Positions 27,675 through 37,615 of a stretch of DNA of 64,000 nt are shown here, piece by piece (positions within the stretch are counted from its first letter, which is position 1; each line of letters starts with the position of its first letter). The DNA is taken from positions 896,358 to 960,357 of the forward strand of contig CAWFCF010000004.1 of assembly GCA_963814185.1 (NCBI GenBank), written 5' to 3'. The notes under the pieces are model-generated. The model did no database searches and was not told the DNA's origin. It saw only the letters and a program-made list of their open reading frames with translations. The translations under genes were made by a program, and so were the position numbers. The DNA is from an uncultured Chloroflexia bacterium. Its GTDB lineage: Bacteria > Chloroflexota > Anaerolineae > Aggregatilineales > Phototrophicaceae.

Positions 27675-29501
27675 ATGGGTGTTCTGGGCGGACTCGGCGC
27701 AGATACATACGACCGTCAATACGAAGACAGCTATCTGATCAAGCGGCTCGCCAGCTATTTCGTGCCGCACAAGCGGCGGCTGCTGACCATCATCGGCTTG
27801 CTGATGGTGTTCGCGTGCGTAGCGGCGTCCAGCCCGGTGATCATTTCGGCGGCGGTGCAGGCGCTGGAAGATCAGAATCAGGGCAGCGAACTCAAGCTGA
27901 TTATCGCAGGCTTGTTCGCAATTGCGCTGATCAACTACAGCGTCTACTGGCTGCGCCGCCGCTTGACCGTGCGCATCGTCGCCGACGTGATCAGCCAACT
28001 GCGCAAGGATGCTTTCAACGCGGCGGTCGAGCGCGACCTCGCTTTCTACGACGAGAACAAGTCCGGCAAAATTGTCAGCCGCATCACCAGCGACACGCAG
28101 GATTTGAGCCAGATCATCGTGATCGTGGGCGACCTGTTCGAGCAGATGATCGAGTTTTTCATCATCTTTCTGGTGCTGGTTACGCGCGAATGGCGCTTGA
28201 CCCTGATCCTGCTGGCGATGATGCCGGTCGTGTTCGGCTTGACGCTGGTCTTTCGGCACTTCGCGCGCATCGCCACCCGGCAGGGATCGCGGGCGATGGC
28301 GGCGGTCAACGACAACATTCAGGAGACCGTCACCGGAATCAGCGTCGCCAAGAACTTCCGTCAGGAAGCGATGATTTACGACGACTTCGACGCCATCAAC
28401 TACCAGTCCTACCGCATCAATCTGCGGCGCGGCTTCGTGCTGGCGATGATCTTCCCGGCGCTGAACGCGCTGGCGGGCTTCGTGATCGCCTCGCTGCTGT
28501 ACGTCGGCGCGATTGCGGTGCTGGGCGCGGCGATTGACATCGGCTCGTGGTATCTGTTCATTCAGGGCGTGGATCGCTTCTGGCAGCCCGTGATCAACCT
28601 GTCGTCTTACTGGAGCCAGCTTCAGCAGGGCTTGAGCGCGGTCGAGCGTATTTTCGCGCTGATCGACGCGCAGAACGTGTTGAAGCAGGACGGTGACGAC
28701 CTGCCGCCCGCTCATCTGCGCGGCGAGGTAGAGTTCGACGACGTGGTGTTCCAATACAAGACTGGTGAGCGCGTGCTCGATCATTTCAATCTGAAGATCA
28801 AGCCGGGTGAGAGCCTCGCCTTCGTCGGTCACACGGGCGCGGGCAAAAGCACGATTGCGAAAGCGCTGGCGCGTTTCTACGAGTTCCAGAGCGGCGTGAT
28901 CCGCGTGGACGGCTACGACATCCGCAAGTTCAATCTGCAAGCCTACCGCAGCCGCTTGGGGATTGTGCCGCAAGCGCCGTTTCTGTTCAGCGGCACGGTG
29001 ATGGACAACATCCGCTACGCGCGCCCGGAAGCCACCGACGACGAAATCCGCGAGATTGCCCACAGCATCGGCGGCGGCGAATGGCTGGAAACGCTGCCAG
29101 ACGGTCTGCAAAGCGACGTGGGCGAGCGCGGCGCGCGCCTGAGCATGGGGCAGCGGCAACTGGTCAGCCTGCTGCGGGTGCTGGTGCAGAAGCCCGCCAT
29201 TTTCATCCTCGATGAAGCCACCGCCAGCATCGACCCGTTCACCGAAACCCAGATTCAAGAGGCGCTCGAACTGATCCTGTCGCAGTCCACCTCGATTTTG
29301 ATCGCGCACCGCCTCAGCACGGTTCGCAGCGCCGACCGGATCATCGTGCTGCGAAATGGTAAAATCATTGAGGAAGGCAATCACGAGCAGTTAATCGAGC
29401 AGGGCGGGCATTACGCCGAACTGTACAATACTTACTTCCGCCACCAATCGCTGAGCTACATCGAGAACGCCAAAGAGATGTTCGCGGAGGGGACGGATTA
29501 G
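27675..29501 (+). CDS. ABC exporter, fused permease/ATPase subunit 2 of a heterodimer
   Basis: Walker A GHTGAGKST, signature LSMGQRQLVSLLR, Walker B IFILDEAT. 9-nt gap to subunit 1. Confidence 0.85.
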   Translation: MGVLGGLGADTYDRQYEDSYLIKRLASYFVPHKRRLLTIIGLLMVFACVAASSPVIISAAVQALEDQNQGSELKLIIAGLFAIALINYSVYWLRRRLTVRIVADVISQLRKDAFNAAVERDLAFYDENKSGKIVSRITSDTQDLSQIIVIVGDLFEQMIEFFIIFLVLVTREWRLTLILLAMMPVVFGLTLVFRHFARIATRQGSRAMAAVNDNIQETVTGISVAKNFRQEAMIYDDFDAINYQSYRINLRRGFVLAMIFPALNALAGFVIASLLYVGAIAVLGAAIDIGSWYLFIQGVDRFWQPVINLSSYWSQLQQGLSAVERIFALIDAQNVLKQDGDDLPPAHLRGEVEFDDVVFQYKTGERVLDHFNLKIKPGESLAFVGHTGAGKSTIAKALARFYEFQSGVIRVDGYDIRKFNLQAYRSRLGIVPQAPFLFSGTVMDNIRYARPEATDDEIREIAHSIGGGEWLETLPDGLQSDVGERGARLSMGQRQLVSLLRVLVQKPAIFILDEATASIDPFTETQIQEALELILSQSTSILIAHRLSTVRSADRIIVLRNGKIIEEGNHEQLIEQGGHYAELYNTYFRHQSLSYIENAKEMFAEGTD

Positions 29502-29545
29502 CTCAGCACGCCTTTTGCCACAATAATGAGAATAGGTTCGGGCGC

Positions 29546-30764
29546 ATGACCACCACGATAGACGAATTTCGGCTCTCCCCGGTGATCGAGCTGGCGAACG
29601 CGGTCAGCCGCCCGTTCGAGCGCGTGATCAACCTGACGCCGGATGCGCTGCGGGCGGCGGCGGAGAAGCAAACCGGGCTGAGCGACTGGGGCAGCGATGA
29701 TTTTTGGCCCGGCTTCGAGGCGCTGTTCAACGCCACCGACGCCGACAACTCGCTAACGTTGGTCGGGCGCATAAGTATGCGAGTCGAGGGGCTGCACCGT
29801 CTCAAGAATCGGCTGCTGCTGGAGCAGGCGCTCAAGCGCGAGCCGGAAATTCTCAATAACCCGGTACGGCGACCGCTGTTTATCATCGGCTTTCCGCGCA
29901 CCGGAACCACGCTGCTGCACAAGCTGCTCACCCAAGACCCAGACGTTCACGTGCCGCTGCATTGGCGGCTGTACTCGCCGCTGCCGCAGAACGTGTCGCA
30001 GGCGGAGATCGACCGCCGAGTCAAGGAATCGGAGAGCCTGATGCGCTTCGCCGACTTCATCGCCCCCCAGTGGAAGGTCATCCATCCCACCGGCGCGCAC
30101 GAGCCGGAAGAATGTGTCTTTCTGCTCACCGATAACCTGACCTACGCGGTGCGCACCAACATCCCCGATTACGTGAATTTCTACCTTCACGAAGACCTGA
30201 ATCCCGGTCTACCGGAATTTCAAGCAGCATTTGCAGGCGCTTCAGTGGCAGCAGCCGGATCGCTCGTGGGTGCTGAAGTCACCGCTGCATCTGTGGTCGC
30301 TGAGCGCGCTGCTGACGGTGTTCCCGGACGCGCGGATCGTGCAGACCCACCGCGATCCGCAAAAAGCCTATGCCTCGTGGTGCAGCCTTGCGGCGGCGCT
30401 CGGCAAAATGGCGCGCAAGAACGTCGATCTGGAAGCCATCGCGCAGTACTGGCTGCCGCTGTGGAAGATCGGTTTTGAGCGGACGCAGGCGGCGCGCGCC
30501 GCCATCGATCCGAGCCAATGCTTCGACCTTCAGTACGTCGATCTGATGGCGGACCCGATGGCGGCGGTCAAGCGGGTTTACGCGCACTTCGGCGACGAAC
30601 TCTCGCCGGAAGCCGAAACCGCTATGACCCGCTGGCTGGCGGAACACGCGCACGGATCGCACGAGAGCCACCGCTACAACCTGAGCGAGTACGGCATCAC
30701 CGCCGAGCAGGTCGAGCGTGAATTGGGCGATTACGCCCACACCTATGCTATTCCGCGCGAATAA
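29546..30764 (+). pseudogene. sulfotransferase-family protein, frameshifted as sequenced
   Basis: PAPS-binding loop IGFPRTGTTLLHKLL. The frame switches at ...HEDLNP/VYRNFKQHLQALQWQQPDRSWVLKSPLHL, where there is an extra C in the CCC run 30203-30205. Length is 3n+1. Confidence 0.7.
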
Positions 30765-31747
30765 CTACGAATGCCCTAACACCCGGTGCGGCTGATAGGG
30801 CGCTTCGAGCCGCGTCATTTCCTCATTGCTGAGTTCGATCTCAGTGGCGGCGACCGACTCTTCGAGGTGCTTCATCTTGCTCGCGCCGATAATGGGCGAG
30901 GTGATGGCGGGCTTGTGCAGCATCCACGCCAGCGCGATCTGCGCCGGGCTGCACCCGTGATCGGCTGCCACCGCCTCCACCTGATCCAGCGTCTCGAAGT
31001 CGTTATCGGCATAGTACATGCTGTGCGCGAATCCGTCACTTTTCGCCCGCGTGGTGTCGCCGCTTTTGTCGGGCGTGCGATTGCCTGCCAGAAAGCCGCG
31101 CGCCAGCGGACTCCACGGGATCACGGCGATGCCCTGATCCTCGCAGAGCGGGTTCATCTCGCGGTCTTCCTCGCGGTAAATCAGGTTGTAGTGGTTCTGC
31201 ATGGAGACGAAGCGCGTCCAGCCGTTGAGGTCAGCGGTGTAGAGCGCCTGCGCGAACTGCCATGCATACATGCTGCTCGCGCCGATGTAGCGCGCCTTGC
31301 CCGCCTTGACCACATCGTGCAGGGCTTCGAGCGTCTCCTCAATCGGCGTCTCGCTGTCCCAGCGATAGAATCTGGTACAGATCGACGTAATCGGTGCCCA
31401 AGCCGCCGCAGCGAGTCGTCGATGGCGTGCAGGATGTGCTTGCGGGATAAGCCGCGTTGGTTGGGCGTATCGCCCATCGCCCCATGCACTTTGGTGGCGA
31501 TCACCACCTCGTCGCGCTTGGCGAAGTCCTTGAGCGCCCGCCCGGTGATCTCCTCGCTCACGCCCCGCGAGTACACGTCGGCGGTGTCGAAGAAGTTGAT
31601 GCCCAGTTCCAGCGCCCGCTGGTAGAAGGGGCGGGCGGCATCCTCGCCCAGAAACCAATCGCGCTGATTCGGATCGCCGTAGGTCATGCAGCCGAGGCAG
31701 ACGCGCGAGACTTTCAGCCCGGTGCTGCCGAGATTCACGTAGTCCAT
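30765..31747 (-). pseudogene. aldo/keto reductase, disrupted by two indels as sequenced
   Basis: MDYVNLGSTGLKVSRVCLGCMTYG...DTADVYSRGVSEE...SLRRLG is in frame 1, TDYVDLYQI in frame 2, and RWDSETPIEETLEALHDVVKAGKARYIGASS... in frame 3. Extra bases lie near 31397-31399 and 31365-31370. Length is 3n+2. Confidence 0.8.
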
Positions 31748-31857
31748 GATTCATATCCTCGCTTTGAAAGATGAAAAGACATTATAACCACAGAGGACGC
31801 AAAGATCACCGAGGAATAAATCCAATTTTCCTCTGCGTCCTTTGCGGTTGAGGTAGT

Positions 31858-33060
31858 TTAGCTTTCGAGTTCCACCGCCAGCGCGACCGCTTCCGCCCCG
31901 CCGAGGCACAGCGCCGCAACTCCGCGCTTCAACCCGCGCTGCCGGAGCGCGTAGATCAGCGTGATCAGCACGCGCGCGCCGCTCGCGCCCAGCGGATGAC
32001 CGAGCGCAATCGCGCCGCCGTTGACGTTCAGCTTGTCCATCGGCAGATGATAGCCGTCGCGTTCTAGCCCCTTGATGTCCGCCAACACCTGCGCGGCGAA
32101 CGCTTCGTTGACCTCGAACAAGTCTACGTCGTCCATCGACCAGCCCGCGCGCGCCAGCGCCACCGGGATGGCTTTGACGGGTGCGTAGAAAATGTAGGAC
32201 GGCTCGACCGCCGCCTGCCCGTAGCCCACGATTCGAGCGAGCGGCTGATGCCCGTGATGCTCGGCGTAGTCGCGCGAGGCGACCACCAGCGCCGCCGCGC
32301 CGTCATTCATGCCGGGGGCGTTGCCCGCCGTGACCTTGCCGTTCGCTTCGAAGGCGGGCGCGAGTTTCGCCAGCGCTTCGAGCGTAGTGTCGGGTCGGAT
32401 CGACTCGTCGCGGTCGATGATGGTGTCGCCTTTGCGTCCGTGAAGGGTCACCGGCGCGATCTCGCCGCTGAACCGACCGCTGTCGGTCGCGTCCGCCGCT
32501 TTCATGTGGCTGTCGTAGGCGAGTTGATCCATTTCCTCGCGCCCCACGCCGATCTCGCGGGCGATGAATTCGGCGGCGTTGCCCATGCCCCAATCGCAGA
32601 GCGAACACCACAGCCCATCGCTTTGCAGCGAGTCACGAAGCTGCACGTGCCCGTACTTGTGCCCCATGCGGGTCGAGTCGTCGAGGTAAGGCGCGCGGCT
32701 CATGCTCTCAACGCCGCCCGCCACGTACAGATCGCCATCCTCGGCGCGAATCATCGCGGACGCCAGCATCACCGACTTCAAGCCGCTGCCGCAGACCTTG
32801 TTGACCGCCACGCCGCCGACTCGTTCTGGCAAGCCCGCCGCGAAGCTGACCTGTCGCGGGAGCGCCTGACCGACGCCCGCGCTGACCACGTTGCCCAGCA
32901 CCAGCTCGGCGATGTCGTCTTTCTCGACGCCGCTGCGCTCGACGGCGGCGCGAACCGCCACCTGCCCCAGTTCGGCGGCGCTCTGCGACGAGAGCGCGCC
33001 CAGAAATTTCCCGACCGGCGTGCGCGCCGCGCCGAGGATCACTGCTTCACGATGAGCCAT
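31858..33060 (-). CDS. acetyl-CoA C-acetyltransferase (thiolase)
   Basis: Active-site Cys motif VNKVCGSGLKS. C-terminal NVNGGAIALGHPLGASG and LCLGGAEAVA. Confidence 0.9.
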   Translation of the reverse strand: MAHREAVILGAARTPVGKFLGALSSQSAAELGQVAVRAAVERSGVEKDDIAELVLGNVVSAGVGQALPRQVSFAAGLPERVGGVAVNKVCGSGLKSVMLASAMIRAEDGDLYVAGGVESMSRAPYLDDSTRMGHKYGHVQLRDSLQSDGLWCSLCDWGMGNAAEFIAREIGVGREEMDQLAYDSHMKAADATDSGRFSGEIAPVTLHGRKGDTIIDRDESIRPDTTLEALAKLAPAFEANGKVTAGNAPGMNDGAAALVVASRDYAEHHGHQPLARIVGYGQAAVEPSYIFYAPVKAIPVALARAGWSMDDVDLFEVNEAFAAQVLADIKGLERDGYHLPMDKLNVNGGAIALGHPLGASGARVLITLIYALRQRGLKRGVAALCLGGAEAVALAVELES

Positions 33061-33544
33061 AGAGTTCCTGCCATGCTGCTTTCAAATCCCGGTAGATGTT
33101 TTCGAGCGAGTCGGGGATCACGCGGGTGTCACCGATCACGCTCATGAAGTTGGCGTCGCCGTTCCAGCGCGGAACGACGTGAAAGTGGTAATGCTCGGCG
33201 ATGCCCGCGCCCGCCGCCGCGCCGATGTTCGCGCCGATGTTAAAGGCGGCGGGATTGTACGCCTTGCGCAGCGCGGTCAGCGCCCGGTTGACGGTCACGG
33301 TCAGGTCGGTGAGCGCCTCAGTCGAGAGCGCTTCCTGCGACTGGACGTGCTGATAAGGCACGACCATCAGATGACCGTTGTTGTAGGGGTACAGGTTCAG
33401 GGTCACGAACACGTACTGCGAGCGCGCGATCACCTGCGTGTCGTTGTCTGCGTCGGCGGCGAGCTTGCAGAAAACGCATTCGCCGTCCGGCTGCTTGTCA
33501 CCTCGAATGTACGCCATGCGCCACGGTGTCCAGAGATGATCCAT
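33047..33544 (-). CDS. HIT-family (histidine triad) nucleotide hydrolase/transferase
   Basis: Histidine triad EHYHFHVVPRW. Overlaps the thiolase start by 14 nt. Confidence 0.8.
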   Translation of the reverse strand: MDHLWTPWRMAYIRGDKQPDGECVFCKLAADADNDTQVIARSQYVFVTLNLYPYNNGHLMVVPYQHVQSQEALSTEALTDLTVTVNRALTALRKAYNPAAFNIGANIGAAAGAGIAEHYHFHVVPRWNGDANFMSVIGDTRVIPDSLENIYRDLKAAWQELYGSS

Positions 33545-33569
33545 CGGCTAATCCCGTTATTTCGTGTCG

Positions 33570-33578
33570 ATTATAGCA
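33570..33578 (-). promoter_or_regulatory. extended -10 promoter element TGCTATAAT for the HIT-thiolase operon
   Basis: Reverse complement of 33570..33578 is TGCTATAAT, 25 nt upstream of ATG 33544. Confidence 0.45.
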
Positions 33579-33642
33579 CGCACAGACGGCGGTAAGGCGG
33601 TTTGACGGCAAACGTTTCTATCGAAATCGCTCGACTTTGCCG

Positions 33643-34467
33643 TCATCCCTTCAGCGCGCCGGAGATGATCCCTTCGATGAAGCTGCGCTGAAACAGGACG
33701 TAGATCACCAGCACGGGCAGAAACACCATGATCGACGCGGCAGCCATCACCGGAACGTCCGCCGAGTAGCGCCCGCGCAGCAGCGCCAAGCCGACCGGGA
33801 GCGTCCGCAGATCGCCGGACGCCATCACCAGCACCAGAAAGAACTCGTTCCACGTCCACATGAACAGCAGCACCACCAGCGACAGCAGCGCCGGGCGCGA
33901 AAGCGGAAACAGGATGCGCCAGAGCACGCCCCACGTCGAGCAGCCGTCCACTACTGCCGCGTCGATCAACTCGCGGGGCATGTTCTTGAAGTTGGCGCGC
34001 ATCCAGAAGGTGCCAAAGGCGAAGCTGAGCGCCACCTGCGGCAGAATCAGCGCCCAGTAGGTATTGAGCAGACCCAGATCGTTCATGATCTGCCAGAGCG
34101 GGATGATCACCGCCTCGAACGGCACCATCAAGCCGAGCAGGATGATCAGCAGCAGCAGATTATCGCCGGGGAAGCGGAACATGCCGAAGCCGAAGCCGGA
34201 CATGGTCGACAGGATGGTCGAGATGATCACCACCGGGACGACCACGATCACGCTGGACGCAAAATAGCTGCCGAAGCGCGCGCCGTTCCACGCCTCGACG
34301 AAGTTCTCGAAATGCCACTCGGTCGGCAGCGCGAACGGGCTGCTGGAAAGCTGAGCGGTGGTCTTGAAAGCGGTGAAGATGATGCCGACGAAGGGCAGCA
34401 GCGCCGCGAGCAGGAATATCGAGAGGATCAGGTAGGTCATGAGGCTGCGCGGCTGACGCTTAGACAT
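33643..34467 (-). CDS. carbohydrate ABC transporter permease (MalG-like)
   Basis: 274 aa with six TM helices. EAA-type loop ELIDAAVVDGCSTWGVLWRILFPLSRPAL. Confidence 0.85.
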   Translation of the reverse strand: MSKRQPRSLMTYLILSIFLLAALLPFVGIIFTAFKTTAQLSSSPFALPTEWHFENFVEAWNGARFGSYFASSVIVVVPVVIISTILSTMSGFGFGMFRFPGDNLLLLIILLGLMVPFEAVIIPLWQIMNDLGLLNTYWALILPQVALSFAFGTFWMRANFKNMPRELIDAAVVDGCSTWGVLWRILFPLSRPALLSLVVLLFMWTWNEFFLVLVMASGDLRTLPVGLALLRGRYSADVPVMAAASIMVFLPVLVIYVLFQRSFIEGIISGALKG

Positions 34468-35386
34468 CGGCTTCGCCCCGCTGCTGCATCCAGGTGACCG
34501 CCGCCGAAACCAGCGCGATCACCAGCGCCAGCGCCACCGCAATCGCCGCGCCGTAGCCCGCCCGGTTGCGCTGAAAGGTCTGCTGGTAGACCAGATAGCT
34601 GGTGACGTAGGTCTGCTTGCCGGGGCCGCCGTTGGTCAGCACGAACACGGTGTCGAACACCCGCAGCGCGGCGATGAAGGTCAGTACGAAGGCGACCAAA
34701 ATCTGCTGGCGCAAGCCGGGCAGGGTCACGTAGCGAAATTCCTGCCACGCATTCGCGCCGAACACCTTCGCCGCATCGTACAGTTCCTCGTCGATATTCT
34801 GCATCCCGGCGATGAACAGCACCATGCACAAGCCGTACTCGATCCACGAGCCGACCACGCCGACCGCGTAGCGCGCGTAGGTGAAATCGCCCAGCCACGG
34901 GCGCGCCCACGACGCCAGCCCGATCTGCGTGAGCAGTTGGTTGATGGGCCCGTCGAGCGTGAACAGCCAGCGCCAGATGATGCCCACCACCACCGGACTC
35001 ATCACCTGCGGGATGAACAACCCGGTGCGGAAGAACGCCATCCCACGCAGGCGGCTGCGGGTCATCAGCGAAGTGAGGAACAAGCCCAGCAGGATCGGGA
35101 TGATGGTGTAGAAGATCACGAACAGGGCGTTGTTGCTGATCGCGCGCCAGAAATCCGGGTCGTGCGCGAGTTCGAGGTAGTTGTCGAAGCCGATGTAGGT
35201 CGGCGGGCTGAAGCCAGTCCAGTCGAAGAAGCTGTAGCGGACGGTGCTGACAATCGGCAGCAGCACGAACAGCGCGTAGATCACGAAGCCGGGCAGGATG
35301 AACAGATATGCCTGCCTGCCGTTCCGCAGCGCGCCGCTGCGTTCTGTCGAAACTCGCCGGGGCAGGCTGGGCGCAGACTCGGTCAT
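34460..35386 (-). CDS. carbohydrate ABC transporter permease (MalF-like)
   Basis: 308 aa. EELYDAAKVFGANAWQEFRYVTLPGLRQ loop. 8-nt overlap with the next permease. Confidence 0.85.
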   Translation of the reverse strand: MTESAPSLPRRVSTERSGALRNGRQAYLFILPGFVIYALFVLLPIVSTVRYSFFDWTGFSPPTYIGFDNYLELAHDPDFWRAISNNALFVIFYTIIPILLGLFLTSLMTRSRLRGMAFFRTGLFIPQVMSPVVVGIIWRWLFTLDGPINQLLTQIGLASWARPWLGDFTYARYAVGVVGSWIEYGLCMVLFIAGMQNIDEELYDAAKVFGANAWQEFRYVTLPGLRQQILVAFVLTFIAALRVFDTVFVLTNGGPGKQTYVTSYLVYQQTFQRNRAGYGAAIAVALALVIALVSAAVTWMQQRGEADV

Positions 35387-35416
35387 CGGCTTGATCTCGC
35401 CCGGCGACGATCCGGT

Positions 35417-35445
35417 GTAGGGGCAGGTTTTAAACCTGCCCCTAC
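35417..35445. repeat. GTAGGGGC...GCCCCTAC palindromic hairpin element (intra-operon)
   Basis: GTAGGGGCAGG-ttttaaa-CCTGCCCCTAC, an 11-bp perfect stem, between the sugar-binding-protein gene and the first permease gene. Confidence 0.7.
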
Positions 35446-35470
35446 CAAAACCTTCGTCATGCGATTACTG

Positions 35471-36757
35471 CTACTGCCCGGCTTGATAGTCCTGCTCCAC
35501 TTCATCGACGAACTGCTCCGGCGTGACCTGCTTGCCCGCCAGTTCCTGAATCCGCGCGCCGATGTCGGGCAGCGTCCAGTCGAAATACTGCCCGACTTTA
35601 TCCGCCGCGCTGATGGTGTTCCACGCATGAACCAGATCGGCGGTGAGCGTGCCTTCGGTCAGCTTGGAGTCATCGACCGCAATCGCGGGCAGGAAGCCGT
35701 TGTCGAACAGAACGTTGGCGGCGTCCGGGCTGCTGATGAAGTCGATGTACTGCGCCGCGAGGTCGGCGTTGGCGCTGGTCTTGCGGATGCCGTAGCCCAA
35801 ACCGATCCCGCCGATGGTGGGCGCGACCTCGTCGCCGATGGGCGAGGGCAGCAGGAAGAAGCCGACGGAGGTCTCGCCCAGCGCGTCGATGATCGAGCCA
35901 GAGTTCCAGCTTCCCGCCAGCCACATGGCGCTTTTGCCGCCGGTGAACTCGCCCAGCGCGGCGGCGTCGTTGTCCATCCCGGCGAAACCGGGCGAGAAGT
36001 AGCCCGCGTCAATCCAATCGACGAAGGTCTGCGCGCCTTCGAGGTTGCCTTCGGTCAGGAAGGTGCCGCCCGGATTGCGGTAGATCATGTCGTTGATCTG
36101 GCTCATGTCCGAATAGACGTGCGCCAGCGCGCCGTAGGTGTGGATTCCGGGCCACGCTTCCAGATTGCCGAAGGTGATGGGCACGAAACCGCCGTCCTTG
36201 ATGGTCTGGAGGTCGGTTTCGAGGTCGTCCCACGTGGCGGGCACCTGAAGGTTCAACTGGCTGAAGATGTCCTTGTTGTAGAACATGGCGACCACTTCCG
36301 AAGTGATCGACATGCCGTAGAGCTTGCCGCTGCCGACCTTCGAGCCGTCGTCGGTGACGCTGTTGCGGGCGTGCAGCCCCGCCCCGTAGCGACTCCACCA
36401 GCCGTATTGATCGGCGTAGTCGTTGAGCGGCAGCAGCAGCCCGGCTTGCACCAGCGCCGCCATGTTGGTCAAGCCCTGATTGATCATGGCAACGTCAGGA
36501 CCGGTGGACTGGGAAAGCTCGCGCGGGAGGGTCAAGCCGAGGTCGTCGGTGCTGTAGGCTTCCCGCTGGATGGTGACGCCGGGATGGGCGTCCTCGAACT
36601 GCGCGTCCAACTGGTCGATCATCGCCTGCTCGGAGTCGCGCGTCCAGTTATCCCACACCACCAGCGTGACGTTGGTCTGCGCGGCGGCGGGGCTGACGAC
36701 GATCAGGACGGCGACCATCAGCGCCGCGAGGATGAACGGATATTTAGAGACTTTCAT
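35471..36757 (-). CDS. carbohydrate ABC transporter substrate-binding protein
   Basis: ORF 35471..36784 trimmed to ATG 36757 (AAGGA SD). Signal peptide MKVSKYPFILAALMVAVLIVVSPAAAQ. Family-1 SBP-like body. Confidence 0.8.
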   Translation of the reverse strand: MKVSKYPFILAALMVAVLIVVSPAAAQTNVTLVVWDNWTRDSEQAMIDQLDAQFEDAHPGVTIQREAYSTDDLGLTLPRELSQSTGPDVAMINQGLTNMAALVQAGLLLPLNDYADQYGWWSRYGAGLHARNSVTDDGSKVGSGKLYGMSITSEVVAMFYNKDIFSQLNLQVPATWDDLETDLQTIKDGGFVPITFGNLEAWPGIHTYGALAHVYSDMSQINDMIYRNPGGTFLTEGNLEGAQTFVDWIDAGYFSPGFAGMDNDAAALGEFTGGKSAMWLAGSWNSGSIIDALGETSVGFFLLPSPIGDEVAPTIGGIGLGYGIRKTSANADLAAQYIDFISSPDAANVLFDNGFLPAIAVDDSKLTEGTLTADLVHAWNTISAADKVGQYFDWTLPDIGARIQELAGKQVTPEQFVDEVEQDYQAGQ

Positions 36758-36864
36758 CGAAAAATCCTTTCCATCAAAAAGCACTATCCAAGCCTATGCT
36801 AACATATCCGGCGGGAAATTCCTTCGTCCACGCCAGTCCATCGCTGTGATACAATCGCAGCGAA

Positions 36865-37615
36865 ATGGGTCAAGGGATCGCAATGGATCGACTGGAAAGC
36901 GCGCTGAAGCCGCGCTCATACGAGTATTATCCGCAGATCGGCAGCACTAACGACCGGGCAATGGCGTGGCTGCGCGAAGGCGCGGCGGCGGGCAGCGTGG
37001 TGATCGCGGACGAGCAGACGGCGGGTCGCGGGCGCATGGGGCGGGCGTGGTACGCGCCGCCGGGCACGGCGTTGATGCTTTCGTATCTGCTTCGCCCCAA
37101 CCCGGATGATCTCACTTACGTGGGCATGATGGGCGCGCTGGCGGTCTGCGAAACGGTGGAGGCGCTGGGCGCGCATCCGGGGATCAAGTGGCCCAACGAC
37201 GTGCAGATCGACGGGCGCAAGCTGTGCGGCGTGCTGCCTGAAGCCTCGTGGCAGGACGAAACCCTGATCGGCGCGGTGCTGGGCATCGGCTTGAACCTGC
37301 GGATCGACTTCCGCGAGACCGCCTTTGCTAAAACTGCCATCAGCCTTGAAATCGGTGGTTGGCGCGGTGGATCAGGTCGATGTGCTGGTGCGGCTGCTGG
37401 ATCGGCTGGATGACTGGTCGGCGCGGCTGGCGTCGGACGCGCTGTTCGAGGCGTGGCGCAGCCATCTTTCGATGCTCGGCAAGCAGGTCATCACCAGCGA
37501 GGGTGTGCAGGGCGCAGCCGAAGCGGTGGATCGGCAGGGCGCGCTGCTGATCCGCGATCCAACTGGCGCGCTCCGGCGGGTGATCGCCGGAGACATCACG
37601 CTCCGCAAGGACTGA
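36865..37615 (+). pseudogene. birA: biotin--[acetyl-CoA-carboxylase] ligase (group I, no HTH), frameshifted as sequenced
   Basis: QTAGRGRMGRAWYAPPG and GIKWPNDV motifs. The frame switches at ...AISLE/SVVGAVDQVDVLVRLLDRLDDW, where there is an extra A in the AAA run 37349-37351. Length is 3n+1. Confidence 0.8.
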
